Below, one piece after another: positions 41,766 to 52,160 of a DNA stretch of 64,000 nucleotides. The stretch covers positions 248,001-312,000 of the IMG/VR virus record IMGVR_UViG_3300042367_000228; one strand, 5' to 3'. The notes beneath the pieces are model-generated. The model ran no database searches, was not told the DNA's origin, and saw only the letters and a program-made list of their open reading frames with translations. A program made the translations under genes and the position numbers. Each line of letters opens with the position of its first letter. Position 1 is the first letter of the stretch.

Positions 41766-42545
41766 ATGATATTTATCGATAACAAATACACACGATTATA
41801 TTTTAAAATAATCAATCGCGCTAACTCTAAAAGATTGTCTGAGTATTCAGAAAATCATCATATTATTCCAGAATCATTTTTTATTAATCGATCTAGAAAA
41901 GGACCTGCCGGATGGCTTAATGGAAACCCAGAAGATTCATCAAATATTGTGTCGTTAACTGCAAGAGAACATTTTATTTGTCATTGGTTACTTATTAAAA
42001 TGACTACCGGAGATGCTAAACACAAAATGATATTTGCTATAACGATGATGAAACGTAAAGGCACAAATCAACAAAATAGATATAACACTATGATTACTAG
42101 TAGAGTTTATGCAATTTATAAGGAACAATCTGCTAAAATAAAAAGTGAGATATATTTTGGTCGAGTGCGGAATAAAACACTATATACATTTTGTCATTCT
42201 AATGGAACAGTAGAAACTTGCTCTATACTAGAATTATCTCACAAATATAATCTAGAGCGTTCTAGTATTGCGCATCTTGTTAAAAAACCGTTTGGAAAGC
42301 ATCATGTAAAAGGATGGTCTATTAACCATCCTATATTAGATACTGCTAGAAGTGTATTATATTCCGGCTCAGGAGGACCAAAGTATGATCATACTGTTTA
42401 TTCATTTAAACATAAAAGTGGAATAACTGAACAATGTACTAAGTATGATTTATTTTCTAAATATAATTTAGCTAGAGACGGAATATATTACATTTGTAAT
42501 GGTAAACAAAAATCATCACAAGGATGGTTTTTAGATATCAGGTAA
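41766..42545 (+). CDS. Free-standing HNH (MobE-like) homing endonuclease
   Basis: ENHHIIPES...NIVSLTAREHFICHWLL; two C-terminal HTH-like repeats ending KGW/QGW; convergent on the nrdB 3' end. Confidence 0.85.
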   Translation: MIFIDNKYTRLYFKIINRANSKRLSEYSENHHIIPESFFINRSRKGPAGWLNGNPEDSSNIVSLTAREHFICHWLLIKMTTGDAKHKMIFAITMMKRKGTNQQNRYNTMITSRVYAIYKEQSAKIKSEIYFGRVRNKTLYTFCHSNGTVETCSILELSHKYNLERSSIAHLVKKPFGKHHVKGWSINHPILDTARSVLYSGSGGPKYDHTVYSFKHKSGITEQCTKYDLFSKYNLARDGIYYICNGKQKSSQGWFLDIR

Positions 42546-43634
42546 CTCGGCGTAGTTAACGTCGCCGCCCATTACTCCTACTACATAATTTACACTCTCC
42601 GACTCTTGTAAAGCAGTTTGTTTTTTACTGGGGTCGGAATGTTTTGTAAACCACGGTATAGGTGTTGATTTAGGGGCTATTGCTTTATATTTAATACCAA
42701 CTTCTTTTAAAGCGTGTACTGCAGTATAGTCAACAAATTCTTTTAAGATGTTAGCGTTAAGTCCAATTACTGGACCTTTTAAGAACAAGTAGTCTGCCCA
42801 TTCTTTTTCCTCGCGGATCACATCGAGATACATGCTATAAACTTCTTCTTCACATTCTGCTTTAATTTCGGTAAAACGCGGATCATCTTTAATTACTAAA
42901 TTAATCATGTAAGCAGTCCATTCTTTATGTAACAGCTCATCTTGTAATATAAGTGCAATAATGTTACCGTTACCGATAAACAACTTATTTTCGACCATTG
43001 CTAAACTAGTAGCAAACGATACCATAAATCTAAATGCTTCTAATGCGTAACTTGCATGTAGCGCAAGCCAAATAGCTTTAATATGATCTCTTTCATCTAC
43101 AGGTAATCCGAGTTCTTTTTGACAGTTAAATATGTGTAATTTATTATAGTATCTACCGACACTGCTTGCCATGTCAACAATCGGTGTAGTATCATGAATA
43201 GTATTAAATATCTCTTTTGGAACATTATAGATATTACGAATAATATGACTATAACTGCGACTATGAATATTTGATTCATAGAATCCCCAATTAAGCATTA
43301 ACAGTTCTGCTTCAGGTACACTTACTACAGGTGTAAACACTTGGGTAGGCCCACGTCCTTGTAAGCTGTCTAATGCAGTTTGTCTTAATAAGTTGCTAGT
43401 AAATATATGTTTAACCGCATCACTAGCATCTTTGAAATCATTAGCGTCTTTGCTTAATGAGATCTCTTCCGGAGTCCAAAAGAATCCTCTAGCAGTTGCC
43501 TCGAACTTTTGAATACGTGGATATCGTACTTCTTCAAATCGTTGAATTGTAACTGTTCCGTCTAGAAACAATTTTCTAGACAGATAGTTAGTTTGTTCTC
43601 CTAGGTTATATTGTTCTTCACTCATAGCCGTCAC
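42531..43634 (-). CDS. nrdB: Class Ia ribonucleotide reductase beta subunit
   Basis: FFWTPEE, DSLQGR, ESNIHSRSY, LEAFRFMVSFA, DELLH. Confidence 0.95.
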   Translation of the reverse strand: MTAMSEEQYNLGEQTNYLSRKLFLDGTVTIQRFEEVRYPRIQKFEATARGFFWTPEEISLSKDANDFKDASDAVKHIFTSNLLRQTALDSLQGRGPTQVFTPVVSVPEAELLMLNWGFYESNIHSRSYSHIIRNIYNVPKEIFNTIHDTTPIVDMASSVGRYYNKLHIFNCQKELGLPVDERDHIKAIWLALHASYALEAFRFMVSFATSLAMVENKLFIGNGNIIALILQDELLHKEWTAYMINLVIKDDPRFTEIKAECEEEVYSMYLDVIREEKEWADYLFLKGPVIGLNANILKEFVDYTAVHALKEVGIKYKAIAPKSTPIPWFTKHSDPSKKQTALQESESVNYVVGVMGGDVNYAELPDI

Positions 43635-43836
43635 CTGAGTAATTTATACATAACCCGTTTTCTTTATCGATGTAAACACTTAAGATGTCATCGGCAGATA
43701 ATGCAGCAAGTACCGGGCCTTTAACTTCATCTTCGATTATATAATTATCAGGAACACCCCATAATTTTAATTTTTCTTTAAGTCTTTCATCTAACAGTTC
43801 GTCGTTTGTTAGTTCTCTTGTTACAAGTTCGTTCAT
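43618..43836 (-). CDS. Hypothetical protein
   Basis: Short ORF coupled to neighbours. Confidence 0.5.
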   Translation of the reverse strand: MNELVTRELTNDELLDERLKEKLKLWGVPDNYIIEDEVKGPVLAALSADDILSVYIDKENGLCINYSGDGYE

Positions 43837-44192
43837 GTTGTCACCTGTTGTTCTTTAACCTGAATAAAAATAGACTCAGGTTCTTTTTCAAAATATTTGT
43901 ATAGAGAACCGCATAACCAACCATCGAGCCCTAATTTTTCACAGGTATACCAGTTGCCATGTAGTTCATCTCCACGCAGTTTTAATTTTAACTCATATTG
44001 ATGAGTTGGGAATGTGTTTTTAGAAAATATGCAAGTAAATCCTGTTTTTGCATTTGGAATATCTCTAACCATAAGATCAATGATTACATCTGCACCTGAT
44101 ACAAACGCTTCGCGAACTAATCCAGTCGACTCGTCATCGAATACCCATGTGCCGTTATAGTTATAAATTGTAATAACGTTAATTGTATTCAT
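43833..44192 (-). CDS. Conserved hypothetical protein
   Basis: WVFDD...LVREAFVSGAD...GNWY...GWLC; sigma70-type promoter at 44222-44250. Confidence 0.7.
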   Translation of the reverse strand: MNTINVITIYNYNGTWVFDDESTGLVREAFVSGADVIIDLMVRDIPNAKTGFTCIFSKNTFPTHQYELKLKLRGDELHGNWYTCEKLGLDGWLCGSLYKYFEKEPESIFIQVKEQQVTT

Positions 44193-44256
44193 AATGCACC
44201 TCGTAAGTTAAGTAAAAATATATTATACACTAACTTACGAGTAATGTCAACAATAA

Positions 44257-44790
44257 TTAGTGTCTTACTTGTAATACAAACATCGATTCTTTACTAGTAC
44301 CAGTAACATCTGAGAATGCTTTAAATCCATATTTCTTAGTCATAAGATGTGATAACGCACGATATGCACCTGGTCTATCGTTAGTGCCATCATTAGATGC
44401 AGCAGTGTACACAAGGTACGGAACACTTGGATGTTTTTTAAGCCAATCTAATGTGCATGCAACTACTGTTGATAATATCTGGCGAGCGAACCCTTGTGTA
44501 TTAAAACCTCGAAACTCTTCATCTATCGAATATTGTAAATAACCATAGTATACATCTTTTGTAGAATCGATTATAGTTGTGATTCGTTCATTAAATGGAG
44601 ACCTTTGCTCGGCACCACGTCTCGGTGTAGTTGTACCTTCATCTATTGCGACTTCACCGTGATGAAAGTTTCCATCTGGTGTTCTAAATGAAAAGAAATA
44701 CGAACCAGGTGATATTTCTTTAAATGGTAACGGATTGTTTAAATCAGTTTCTATTAAGTCTATTGACTCTAAAAGTTCGCTTATTAACAT
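44257..44790 (-). CDS. Hypothetical late protein with MLISELLE tag
   Basis: TATAAATA at ~44813-44820. Confidence 0.7.
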   Translation of the reverse strand: MLISELLESIDLIETDLNNPLPFKEISPGSYFFSFRTPDGNFHHGEVAIDEGTTTPRRGAEQRSPFNERITTIIDSTKDVYYGYLQYSIDEEFRGFNTQGFARQILSTVVACTLDWLKKHPSVPYLVYTAASNDGTNDRPGAYRALSHLMTKKYGFKAFSDVTGTSKESMFVLQVRH

Positions 44791-44815
44791 TGCTAATCCT
44801 TGTATAATTTAATAT

Positions 44816-45001
44816 TTATACAATTCTTATTGTGCTTTTTTCATCTAATGCATACCACGCACTTTCAAGATATTTTGTTATGTCGGTTAATGTTTCTTCT
44901 GGAAGACGCATTACCCATTCGTTAGTGTTAACATCGTGTTTAAGTGGTAATTCAACTTTTAAATTATGTCTCATTGAGATTACTAACTTTTTATCTTTCA
45001 T
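44816..45001 (-). CDS. Hypothetical protein
   Basis: 61-aa ORF with SD AGGAG. Confidence 0.5.
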   Translation of the reverse strand: MKDKKLVISMRHNLKVELPLKHDVNTNEWVMRLPEETLTDITKYLESAWYALDEKSTIRIV

Positions 45002-45151
45002 TTCTTAAGTACTCCTAATGATACTAACAGTAAGCATAATGCAATTAGAATCATTTCAAATTTTAATTGAACATGTTCTACTGTGCGTCTTGTTAAATAA
45101 GCAGCCTTCCACTTATAATACGGAAGGCCTCCGTTTTCTATTGCGTGTAAA

Positions 45152-45703
45152 TTAACTAACTGTTTCATTTATGTAGTTCCAGTTTATTATTTTCCATTGA
45201 TTTTCTAAGTACTTTTTCTTGTCTGATTGATAGTCTAACGCCCATGAATGTTCCCACCAATCAACTAACAATACAATGTCTTTTTTAATAGCATGATTAG
45301 TTATTGTTTTGATCTTGCCATCTTTAGCAAGATAGACCCAACCACTGCCTTGTATGCCCATTGCTACTTTTAAAAACTCTTCTTTAAACTTATCAAAAGT
45401 TTTATAATGTGTTTCAATTAAATCTAAAACTTTGCCAACTGGTTTGTTTAAGTTGCCAGTTGACTCTTGATATTGTTGGAATAAGATATTGTGTAAAAAT
45501 ACACCTGCTTCATTAAACACAGGATCACCTTCACCTGCATTATAACGCTTTGCGTATGTTTTAGCAAGACGTTCATAATGATAATCTAATGTTGCTTTTG
45601 ATATAGCAGGACTTAACTCATCCATTCCGTATGGTAGAGGATCTATTTTTAATGATGCAGGTTTACCTTCAGTTATGAATTGCTTAATAAAACTATAGCT
45701 CAT
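45152..45703 (-). CDS. sod: Fe/Mn superoxide dismutase
   Basis: LPY...TLDYHY, LHNILF, QGSGWVYL, DWWEHSW. Confidence 0.88.
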   Translation of the reverse strand: MSYSFIKQFITEGKPASLKIDPLPYGMDELSPAISKATLDYHYERLAKTYAKRYNAGEGDPVFNEAGVFLHNILFQQYQESTGNLNKPVGKVLDLIETHYKTFDKFKEEFLKVAMGIQGSGWVYLAKDGKIKTITNHAIKKDIVLLVDWWEHSWALDYQSDKKKYLENQWKIINWNYINETVS

Positions 45704-46662
45704 AGCTTACAGGCCTCGCAGGATTCTTCATCGTCTTCAATAATTGCACTAGGTAAATCAACTTCGGCTTCTTCTTTACTACCTGTTTTATCAATTAAAC
45801 TATAGTAGAAAGTTTTCAAACCCCAATAGTGACCTAACATTAAGTTTTTAGCAATTAGTGTAGTTGGGACTTTTCTACCTTCAAAGTGTCTAGGTGAATA
45901 AAATGTATTTGTGCTAATACTTTGATCTACGTATGCAGCCAATACAGCAGCAGTTTTCAAATAACCTACACAATCAGTTTGTTCCCACATAAGTTGATAT
46001 TTGTTTTTCAATTTATGATATTCCGGAACTACTTGTGTAAGTGAACCAGCTTTTGATTCTTTAACTTGAATAAGTTGCATTGGCATTTCAATTCCATTAG
46101 TTGAATTAATTACAACTGAACTTGATTCTACTGGAGCTATAGCCATTTGAGTCGCATTTCGTACACCGTATTTTTTCATTTCAACACGCAATGGTTCCCA
46201 ATCAAGTTCTGGTGTAAAATCAGTCAATTCATTAACACCGTCTGCACGTAGTTCCCATGGAAATATACCTTGTCCGTATCGAGTTTTATCACTATCTAAA
46301 CATGGTCCACGCTCCTTAGCCAGTTCAACCGATATTTCAGTAGTATAAAATGCTAAATGTTCCATCCAGCTTTTAACTTCAGCAAGCATATCTGCGTCTC
46401 CGTATTTAAAATTGCGTTTAGCTGCCCAGTATGCTAAATTTGTAACTCCAATTCCTAATGGTCGAATTTCATCATTACTTAGTTTACTGTGGATTGACAG
46501 ATAATCTTGGTAATCTAAAATATTGTTTAAACTGCGGTGAAGAATACGACAAGCTCTGCGCATATCTTCCGGATTTCTAAAACTCCCCCAATTAATACTG
46601 CCTAAGGTGCATAAGGCTATTTTTGGAACTTTACGCACACATTCTTTTTTAATTATTTTCAT
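45700..46662 (-). CDS. nrdA: RNR alpha subunit C-terminal fragment (NrdA-b)
   Basis: IALCTLGSINWG, RPLGIG, AIAPVESSS, DQSISTN, KTFYY, CEACKL; preceded by non-NrdA MKIIKKECVRKVP. Confidence 0.93.
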   Translation of the reverse strand: MKIIKKECVRKVPKIALCTLGSINWGSFRNPEDMRRACRILHRSLNNILDYQDYLSIHSKLSNDEIRPLGIGVTNLAYWAAKRNFKYGDADMLAEVKSWMEHLAFYTTEISVELAKERGPCLDSDKTRYGQGIFPWELRADGVNELTDFTPELDWEPLRVEMKKYGVRNATQMAIAPVESSSVVINSTNGIEMPMQLIQVKESKAGSLTQVVPEYHKLKNKYQLMWEQTDCVGYLKTAAVLAAYVDQSISTNTFYSPRHFEGRKVPTTLIAKNLMLGHYWGLKTFYYSLIDKTGSKEEAEVDLPSAIIEDDEESCEACKL

Positions 46663-47425
46663 GATTTATTGTTCTTCCTATACGCCAATTTGTATTTTCT
46701 AAAAGATACTCATTAATAGACGATGAGTCAATCCTAATATTAGTGTACCCATCTGTTATCCATCTCCATTTTGAAGACTGTATTGATAACAAACTTTTTT
46801 GTGTTGGGCTTCTATAATGCGGGTTGTATTTAACTTGTTCAGTGGCAGTTAATGTAGCGTTAACTAAGTTAATCAAATCTGTATGATTTTTAATTCCTCG
46901 ATTAGATATCAATCTACTGCTAATAGATAGCTCAGATTTTAATACAGAATCAATTTCATTTCGAAGTAAATAACTACCGTATTTGAAATTTTCATGTATA
47001 TAATTAACTATAGTGTTAATAATATCGATAGCTGTAATATCAGGCCGAGCATTTCCGTTATTCATACCTGCACTTAGCTTACTTCTATTTTTACCCCATT
47101 CTATTAATTGTTTTTTAGAATATCGTTCTTTTGTGTTGCCGCCATCACCGCCACGGGTCATATTGTACCCGTAGCTAAACGTATCAAGCAAGTCTATATA
47201 ATATATTTCTTTTGATTTTGCATCAGATTGTGTACTACATTCATCTAATTTTTCAGTTATAATAGTATTTTCACCATATTTTCTAATTGCACGATGAAAA
47301 TATGTATCAGAACCGTTTCTACTATCTTGAATGTGTTCGTCTAATCGAACGTTAATATTTTTTTCAGTGTATCCTATGTATTTTTTGTTATTAATAGTGT
47401 GACAATATATATTATAAGTTTTCAT
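46649..47425 (-). CDS. GIY-YIG homing endonuclease inserted in nrdA
   Basis: NIYCHTINNKKYIGYT...RLDEH...FHRAIRKYG...E.YYI...GYNMTRGGDG; own late promoter CTAAATA at ~47446-47452. Confidence 0.88.
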   Translation of the reverse strand: MKTYNIYCHTINNKKYIGYTEKNINVRLDEHIQDSRNGSDTYFHRAIRKYGENTIITEKLDECSTQSDAKSKEIYYIDLLDTFSYGYNMTRGGDGGNTKERYSKKQLIEWGKNRSKLSAGMNNGNARPDITAIDIINTIVNYIHENFKYGSYLLRNEIDSVLKSELSISSRLISNRGIKNHTDLINLVNATLTATEQVKYNPHYRSPTQKSLLSIQSSKWRWITDGYTNIRIDSSSINEYLLENTNWRIGRTINHENN

Positions 47426-47463
47426 AAATATCTTCCTCTTGCTTGTATTTAGCAGAGATACTA

Positions 47464-48993
47464 CTACCCACTTATTAAAAGATTATCAATATCGTCATCT
47501 TCAGACAACTCTCGAACTTTCTTTTTCTCACCTGATTTTAATAATACCGTGTGTTCTCCTGCTAATGTTACTTCCTCTCCAGTGTCAAGTGTGAGTTTAA
47601 ATCCACCTTCATCGGATAACGAATTAAACGGTGCAGTTGGTAAAAGTATTTCGCAGCATAAATTACTTTGATAAATTGTATGCCATAACGGATCAAATGG
47701 TCCTTGCTTAATTACGTTATCTATAAAGACTAAGTAGATGCGCCCGGTGTCAGTTCGTTCTTTTAGGAGTCCTCCTTTGAATACTTCTTCCGCAGACATG
47801 GTCTTCTTCCGAACTCCTGTATTTTTTTCATACTGTAGGTACAGTTTTTCAAAGAGAGCTGTATCAGTGTAAAACGCTTCGTATAAGTCTGGAACTTCAT
47901 TAGGATCAAAAAATGTTATGTTTTCTTTGTTTTTAAATCTACGCCAAAAGAACGCGCTTAATACAACGCTGTAATCTAAATGACGCACCCGTGTTTCATC
48001 TGTGCCTTGATTGTTTTTAAGTACAATTAAGTCGTCGAACTGATAATGCCAAATCGGATATGTTACAGTAGCACTAGCATTTCTAATACCACCTTGTGAA
48101 CAGCAACGCAAGTCACCAAACCATTTCTTTAAAAATGGAATCATACCTGTGTGCATAATTTCACCACCGCGTATAGGACTTCCTAGTGCGCGTACACGAC
48201 CAATTTCTAAACCTATGCCAGCACGTTTGCTAGCATATTTTGCCATCATCTCGCCACTAGCAAATATAGAATCCAAATCGTCATCACTGCGTATGAGAAC
48301 GCAGCTGCTGAATTGTTTAGTTGGAGTTCCGAGCCCAGCAAGAACGGGTGTAGCAAGAGTAAATAAGCCATCGGATGCAGCATTATAATATTCCTTAATA
48401 TATTTCATTCTAGCTGCATTTGGTTCTTCCTTATGGAACACAGTTGCAGCTGCAATCATATACCTAACTTGTGGAGTTTCGTAAATGTCTTTAGTAGATC
48501 GATTACGGACTAAGTATTTCTCAATAAGCTGTTCAATTGCAGCATATGAGTAAGTTTCATCTTTTGAATGATCAAGCATGTCATTCATTTTGTTCCATTC
48601 TTCAGTTGAATACCACTCTAATAACTCTGGTGTGTATAATCCAACTTCGATGTTCTTTTTAACTATTGTAAATAGATGCGGTGGCTCGTATTGGCCGTAT
48701 ACATCTTTGCGGAGCATAGACAAACGCTGTTTGCCTGCAACGTATTGATAATTTGTATGACCTACATCTGGGTTGGCGTCAACATCAATTAAGTTAACGA
48801 TTGCTCGCAGTGTAATTTCGTCAATTTCAGATGTAGTAATATTATCGTAAAATTGTGGCTGGCTTTTAATTTCGATCATTGATTGACTAACATCGGCAAT
48901 TCCACTGCAAATCTTTGCAATCTGCGCCTGCCATTTGTCAATTGTTAGTTCTACTTTAGTGCCATTTCTTTTTGTAACTGTTATTTTATTCAT
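47464..48993 (-). CDS. nrdA: RNR alpha subunit N-terminal fragment (NrdA-a)
   Basis: ATP cone VTKRNG, QFSSCVL, CSQGGIRN, QSNLCCEILLP, then a ~47-aa non-NrdA tail. Confidence 0.93.
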   Translation of the reverse strand: MNKITVTKRNGTKVELTIDKWQAQIAKICSGIADVSQSMIEIKSQPQFYDNITTSEIDEITLRAIVNLIDVDANPDVGHTNYQYVAGKQRLSMLRKDVYGQYEPPHLFTIVKKNIEVGLYTPELLEWYSTEEWNKMNDMLDHSKDETYSYAAIEQLIEKYLVRNRSTKDIYETPQVRYMIAAATVFHKEEPNAARMKYIKEYYNAASDGLFTLATPVLAGLGTPTKQFSSCVLIRSDDDLDSIFASGEMMAKYASKRAGIGLEIGRVRALGSPIRGGEIMHTGMIPFLKKWFGDLRCCSQGGIRNASATVTYPIWHYQFDDLIVLKNNQGTDETRVRHLDYSVVLSAFFWRRFKNKENITFFDPNEVPDLYEAFYTDTALFEKLYLQYEKNTGVRKKTMSAEEVFKGGLLKERTDTGRIYLVFIDNVIKQGPFDPLWHTIYQSNLCCEILLPTAPFNSLSDEGGFKLTLDTGEEVTLAGEHTVLLKSGEKKKVRELSEDDDIDNLLISG

Positions 48994-49171
48994 ATAATTT
49001 CACTTCTGGTTAGGATAGTATTTATTTGGCAGACAACTCTCTAAAATAAGTTTAGATTGTAAAAAAATACTAATTAAAACAATAAGATATAAATGTAAAA
49101 CGGTAGACTTATCTCTTATCATTTAGAGCAATTATACGCTCTTTTTTCTGATAAGTCTACCGTTATGGTAA

Positions 49172-50755
49172 TTAGGAAGTAGCGATATACGAGTAAGTTA
49201 GTGTACCGTCGTTACCTGAAATTGTATTAGTATACGAAACAACTATTGAATTGTTAACAATAGCTGCTGTAAATTTTAAAAGCATAGCAGTTCCGGAAAT
49301 ACCAGTACAAGTATAATCATCGGAAGAGTTAATAGAAGGAGGAGACGCAATTAATGAAATTTGTCCTTGTCTAATATAATTCCCGTTAAAAATGTAATTT
49401 ATAGTATATGACATAAATCCAGCGACTGTTCCGGTGCTGTCTGTTTTTAATGGTAATCTAAATAAATCTACACTTTCTACAGATTGAGCAATATCTACAG
49501 TTAAAGGTGTACTAGTATATACTGCAGATCCTGATACTTCTGGAACGTATTGTAAAGCTGATAACGGATCTGATAACGCTATTGATCTATCAGATGTGAT
49601 ACTTGAATTATAATTTCCAAGTTGGCTAAAGTAAATTTGCGGAACTGTTGACTCTGTATCGCCACCTTCTCCAACATTAGTTAAGTTACAATTTATAACC
49701 GTGTTCTTAATACTATTATCGCTGTTAATTGCATGCGCTATAATATTATCAAATTTATAATTAGAGATATTAATATTAGATGGGCCGTCAGATACTAAAT
49801 CAACCCCTAAAGAAAACCCAGTATGTGCTGTCGAAATAACACCATTAATAAAATTAATATCTGTAGATGCATTGCCTATAAACACACCGCAGAAATAATT
49901 GTTAATTACAACATTGTCAAATATAATGTCAGACGAAGTTGTAGCTAATAAACTTGAAATACTAATTCCTTTATTATCAGGTCTAGACCCAGAATCCCAA
50001 GTTCCGATAATTTTTATATTTTGAAATTTACTATTACTAGTATTAGCAAGATCTAAACCGATAGTTGCAGTTGTTTCTGTTGACTGAATAGTAATATCTT
50101 GAATATTAATATATCGTGGATTAGTAAGCGGATAAGATGATCCAACATCTGATATACATCTAAATGCAGTTTCTAAACCAGTATATTGGATAATAGTTTT
50201 ATCTATGCCTGCTCCGATAATTGTAGTGTAGCTTGGAATAGTAATTGCATTAATTGTTTTAAAAATGCCAGCTGGCATTTTTAGTATAACTCGTCGTTTA
50301 ACTCCTTCAGATGTATTAGAGAACGATTTAATACCACTGTTTGCAAACAACTGAGTAATTGCACGTTGAATTGCACTTGAATCATCAGTGATGCCGTCGC
50401 CTTTTGCTCCAAAATCATAGACATTTACAGTATCATCTAAAATATTCTGTAATGATCGAACTACTGGAAAACTAATTGACGGTCCGGTAGTTATTAACGT
50501 ATCAGATAATTTGTAAGTATGTTCTAATAATGATATTAATCCAGTTCCGCCTGATCCAGATATAATATCTTTAGATGTTAAAATTTTTGTATTACCTACA
50601 GTAGGTGCGCCTTCTGATACAGAACCATTACCGATGTACAGTTCTTGAGAATCAACTGCCCATCCTAATTCTCCAGATGCTAACTGTGGAAACCCGGGGC
50701 CGGTTCTAGCCTTTCCTCTTCGTATTTGAATTTTTGAAATTTGATAAACTGCCAT
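49172..50755 (-). CDS. Virion protein with pectate-lyase-like beta-helix
   Basis: PQLASGELGWAVD N-terminus; VYDFGAKGDGITDDSSAIQRAI. Confidence 0.75.
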   Translation of the reverse strand: MAVYQISKIQIRRGKARTGPGFPQLASGELGWAVDSQELYIGNGSVSEGAPTVGNTKILTSKDIISGSGGTGLISLLEHTYKLSDTLITTGPSISFPVVRSLQNILDDTVNVYDFGAKGDGITDDSSAIQRAITQLFANSGIKSFSNTSEGVKRRVILKMPAGIFKTINAITIPSYTTIIGAGIDKTIIQYTGLETAFRCISDVGSSYPLTNPRYINIQDITIQSTETTATIGLDLANTSNSKFQNIKIIGTWDSGSRPDNKGISISSLLATTSSDIIFDNVVINNYFCGVFIGNASTDINFINGVISTAHTGFSLGVDLVSDGPSNINISNYKFDNIIAHAINSDNSIKNTVINCNLTNVGEGGDTESTVPQIYFSQLGNYNSSITSDRSIALSDPLSALQYVPEVSGSAVYTSTPLTVDIAQSVESVDLFRLPLKTDSTGTVAGFMSYTINYIFNGNYIRQGQISLIASPPSINSSDDYTCTGISGTAMLLKFTAAIVNNSIVVSYTNTISGNDGTLTYSYIATS

Positions 50756-50829
50756 GAAATATATCCTCTTTGCTATATTTATGATAATTTAGCCATAAAA
50801 AAGCCCTAGTAAAAACTAGGGCTAATTAA

Positions 50830-51387
50830 TTAAGCGATTGTAATTGATGCAGCTGGAGCCACTGTAGTACCAGTAATATCAAATGACAATGTGAATACTA
50901 CTGCAGTTGCGTTAGTAGTAGTTGCGGCAGCTGAAAGGGTTAAACTAGTTCCTGCACTAACAGATGATACTGTAGTACCAGCAGGAATACCAGGTCCGAT
51001 AACAGTTGCACCGACCATGGTAGCAAGAGCAGCCGATGTTGTTAAGGTAGTAGTTCCAGCAGTTGTGCCTAAAATGTCGGCACCTGTAATTCTACGAATA
51101 CGTGTTTGTAATTCAGTAGCATCATTAATTGCTTTATCCATAATTACGTGAATTACACCAGTCGATGCTGCAGGAGCATAATATGCTAGTGGGTTAATTT
51201 CTTTAATAATCATTTCATACAAACTATTTGGCATTTGTGTAGATGCATCAATATAGCTGTCTTCTACTTGTAAATCAATAGCAGTAGCTGATGTGTTTTT
51301 CACTGTAATTAAGTAAGCGTTTGCGTTTGGGGTATATAAGGTTCCTGTTTTTGCAAGGGAACCGTTAATTCTGGTAATGGTTTGCAT
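50830..51387 (-). CDS. Putative abundant structural protein
   Basis: Late promoter GATAAATA, SD, own terminator (GCCCTAGT/ACTAGGGC at ~50803-50823), A/T/G-rich. Confidence 0.6.
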   Translation of the reverse strand: MQTITRINGSLAKTGTLYTPNANAYLITVKNTSATAIDLQVEDSYIDASTQMPNSLYEMIIKEINPLAYYAPAASTGVIHVIMDKAINDATELQTRIRRITGADILGTTAGTTTLTTSAALATMVGATVIGPGIPAGTTVSSVSAGTSLTLSAAATTTNATAVVFTLSFDITGTTVAPAASITIA

Positions 51388-51412
51388 TATAAATCTCCGT
51401 TTGTTATATTTA

Positions 51413-52129
51413 TCAGTTCATACTGTAATACATATCAACTCGATCCCACCATTTATTAACGTATTTGTTAAACTCGCTACCTTCTAATATAAATTCTTGA
51501 TATTGTGGTTCTCCCCATACCCACGGTTTAAGTTCAGGAGGTTTAACACACATTAGAACTACACCTTTTTGTATATTAGTTTCGTGTATCTTATTATGTG
51601 CAATAGAATATGCAGCTAGTTGAAGATAGTAATCTTCAATGTACTCACGTTTTTTAGGTTTATTAGATTGTTTATAATCAAGGATAGCAGGTTCACCTTT
51701 ATGTAATCCTACAGCATCTGTAGTACCTGCATACAGTTCTGGATAGTAAAGTGCAACTTCATTACCCCAAACTTCGTTGACGTTTTTTAATCCGTGATCT
51801 ATAATGTGTTGAGCCATTTTATGACTTTGCTGACTATATGGATTAGAGCCAGATTCATTTAGAAATCCTTGTGCGACAAAATCTTCCAAAAATTTATGCA
51901 TACGAGTTCCGCGACTAGCAGCTTCAGTTGTAATTTGTTGTGCTTTGTCATAGCCAACAGCTTTACGCCATGCTTGTAGTGCAGCTTTATCTTCTTCTGG
52001 TTTTGTTGCTGATAGTATTGTAGTTACGGAAGGAACTTTAGATCCATCAGGGCAAGAATATAAACGCTTGCCCTTAACGGATTGTCTGTTTATTGGTGTG
52101 TATTGATATTTTTCAGTTAGTAGTTTCAT
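51413..52129 (-). CDS. PD-(D/E)XK exonuclease (Cas4/RecB-like)
   Basis: PSVTTILS, RGTRMH, AGTTD...ILDYKQS, LQLAAY; sigma70-type promoter at 52136-52164. Confidence 0.85.
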   Translation of the reverse strand: MKLLTEKYQYTPINRQSVKGKRLYSCPDGSKVPSVTTILSATKPEEDKAALQAWRKAVGYDKAQQITTEAASRGTRMHKFLEDFVAQGFLNESGSNPYSQQSHKMAQHIIDHGLKNVNEVWGNEVALYYPELYAGTTDAVGLHKGEPAILDYKQSNKPKKREYIEDYYLQLAAYSIAHNKIHETNIQKGVVLMCVKPPELKPWVWGEPQYQEFILEGSEFNKYVNKWWDRVDMYYSMN

Positions 52130-52160
52130 AACATAATTATAATACATTTAACTGTCAATG

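Noticed and set aside
46649-47463. Group I intron or functional intein in nrdA
   Set aside because: Only ~40 nt of non-coding sequence and no P/Q/R/S elements; the tails lack Cys1 and the terminal His-Asn.
51413-52147. cas4 of a CRISPR-Cas system
   Set aside because: No other cas genes or array; lacks the four-Cys cluster; ordinary phage exonuclease.
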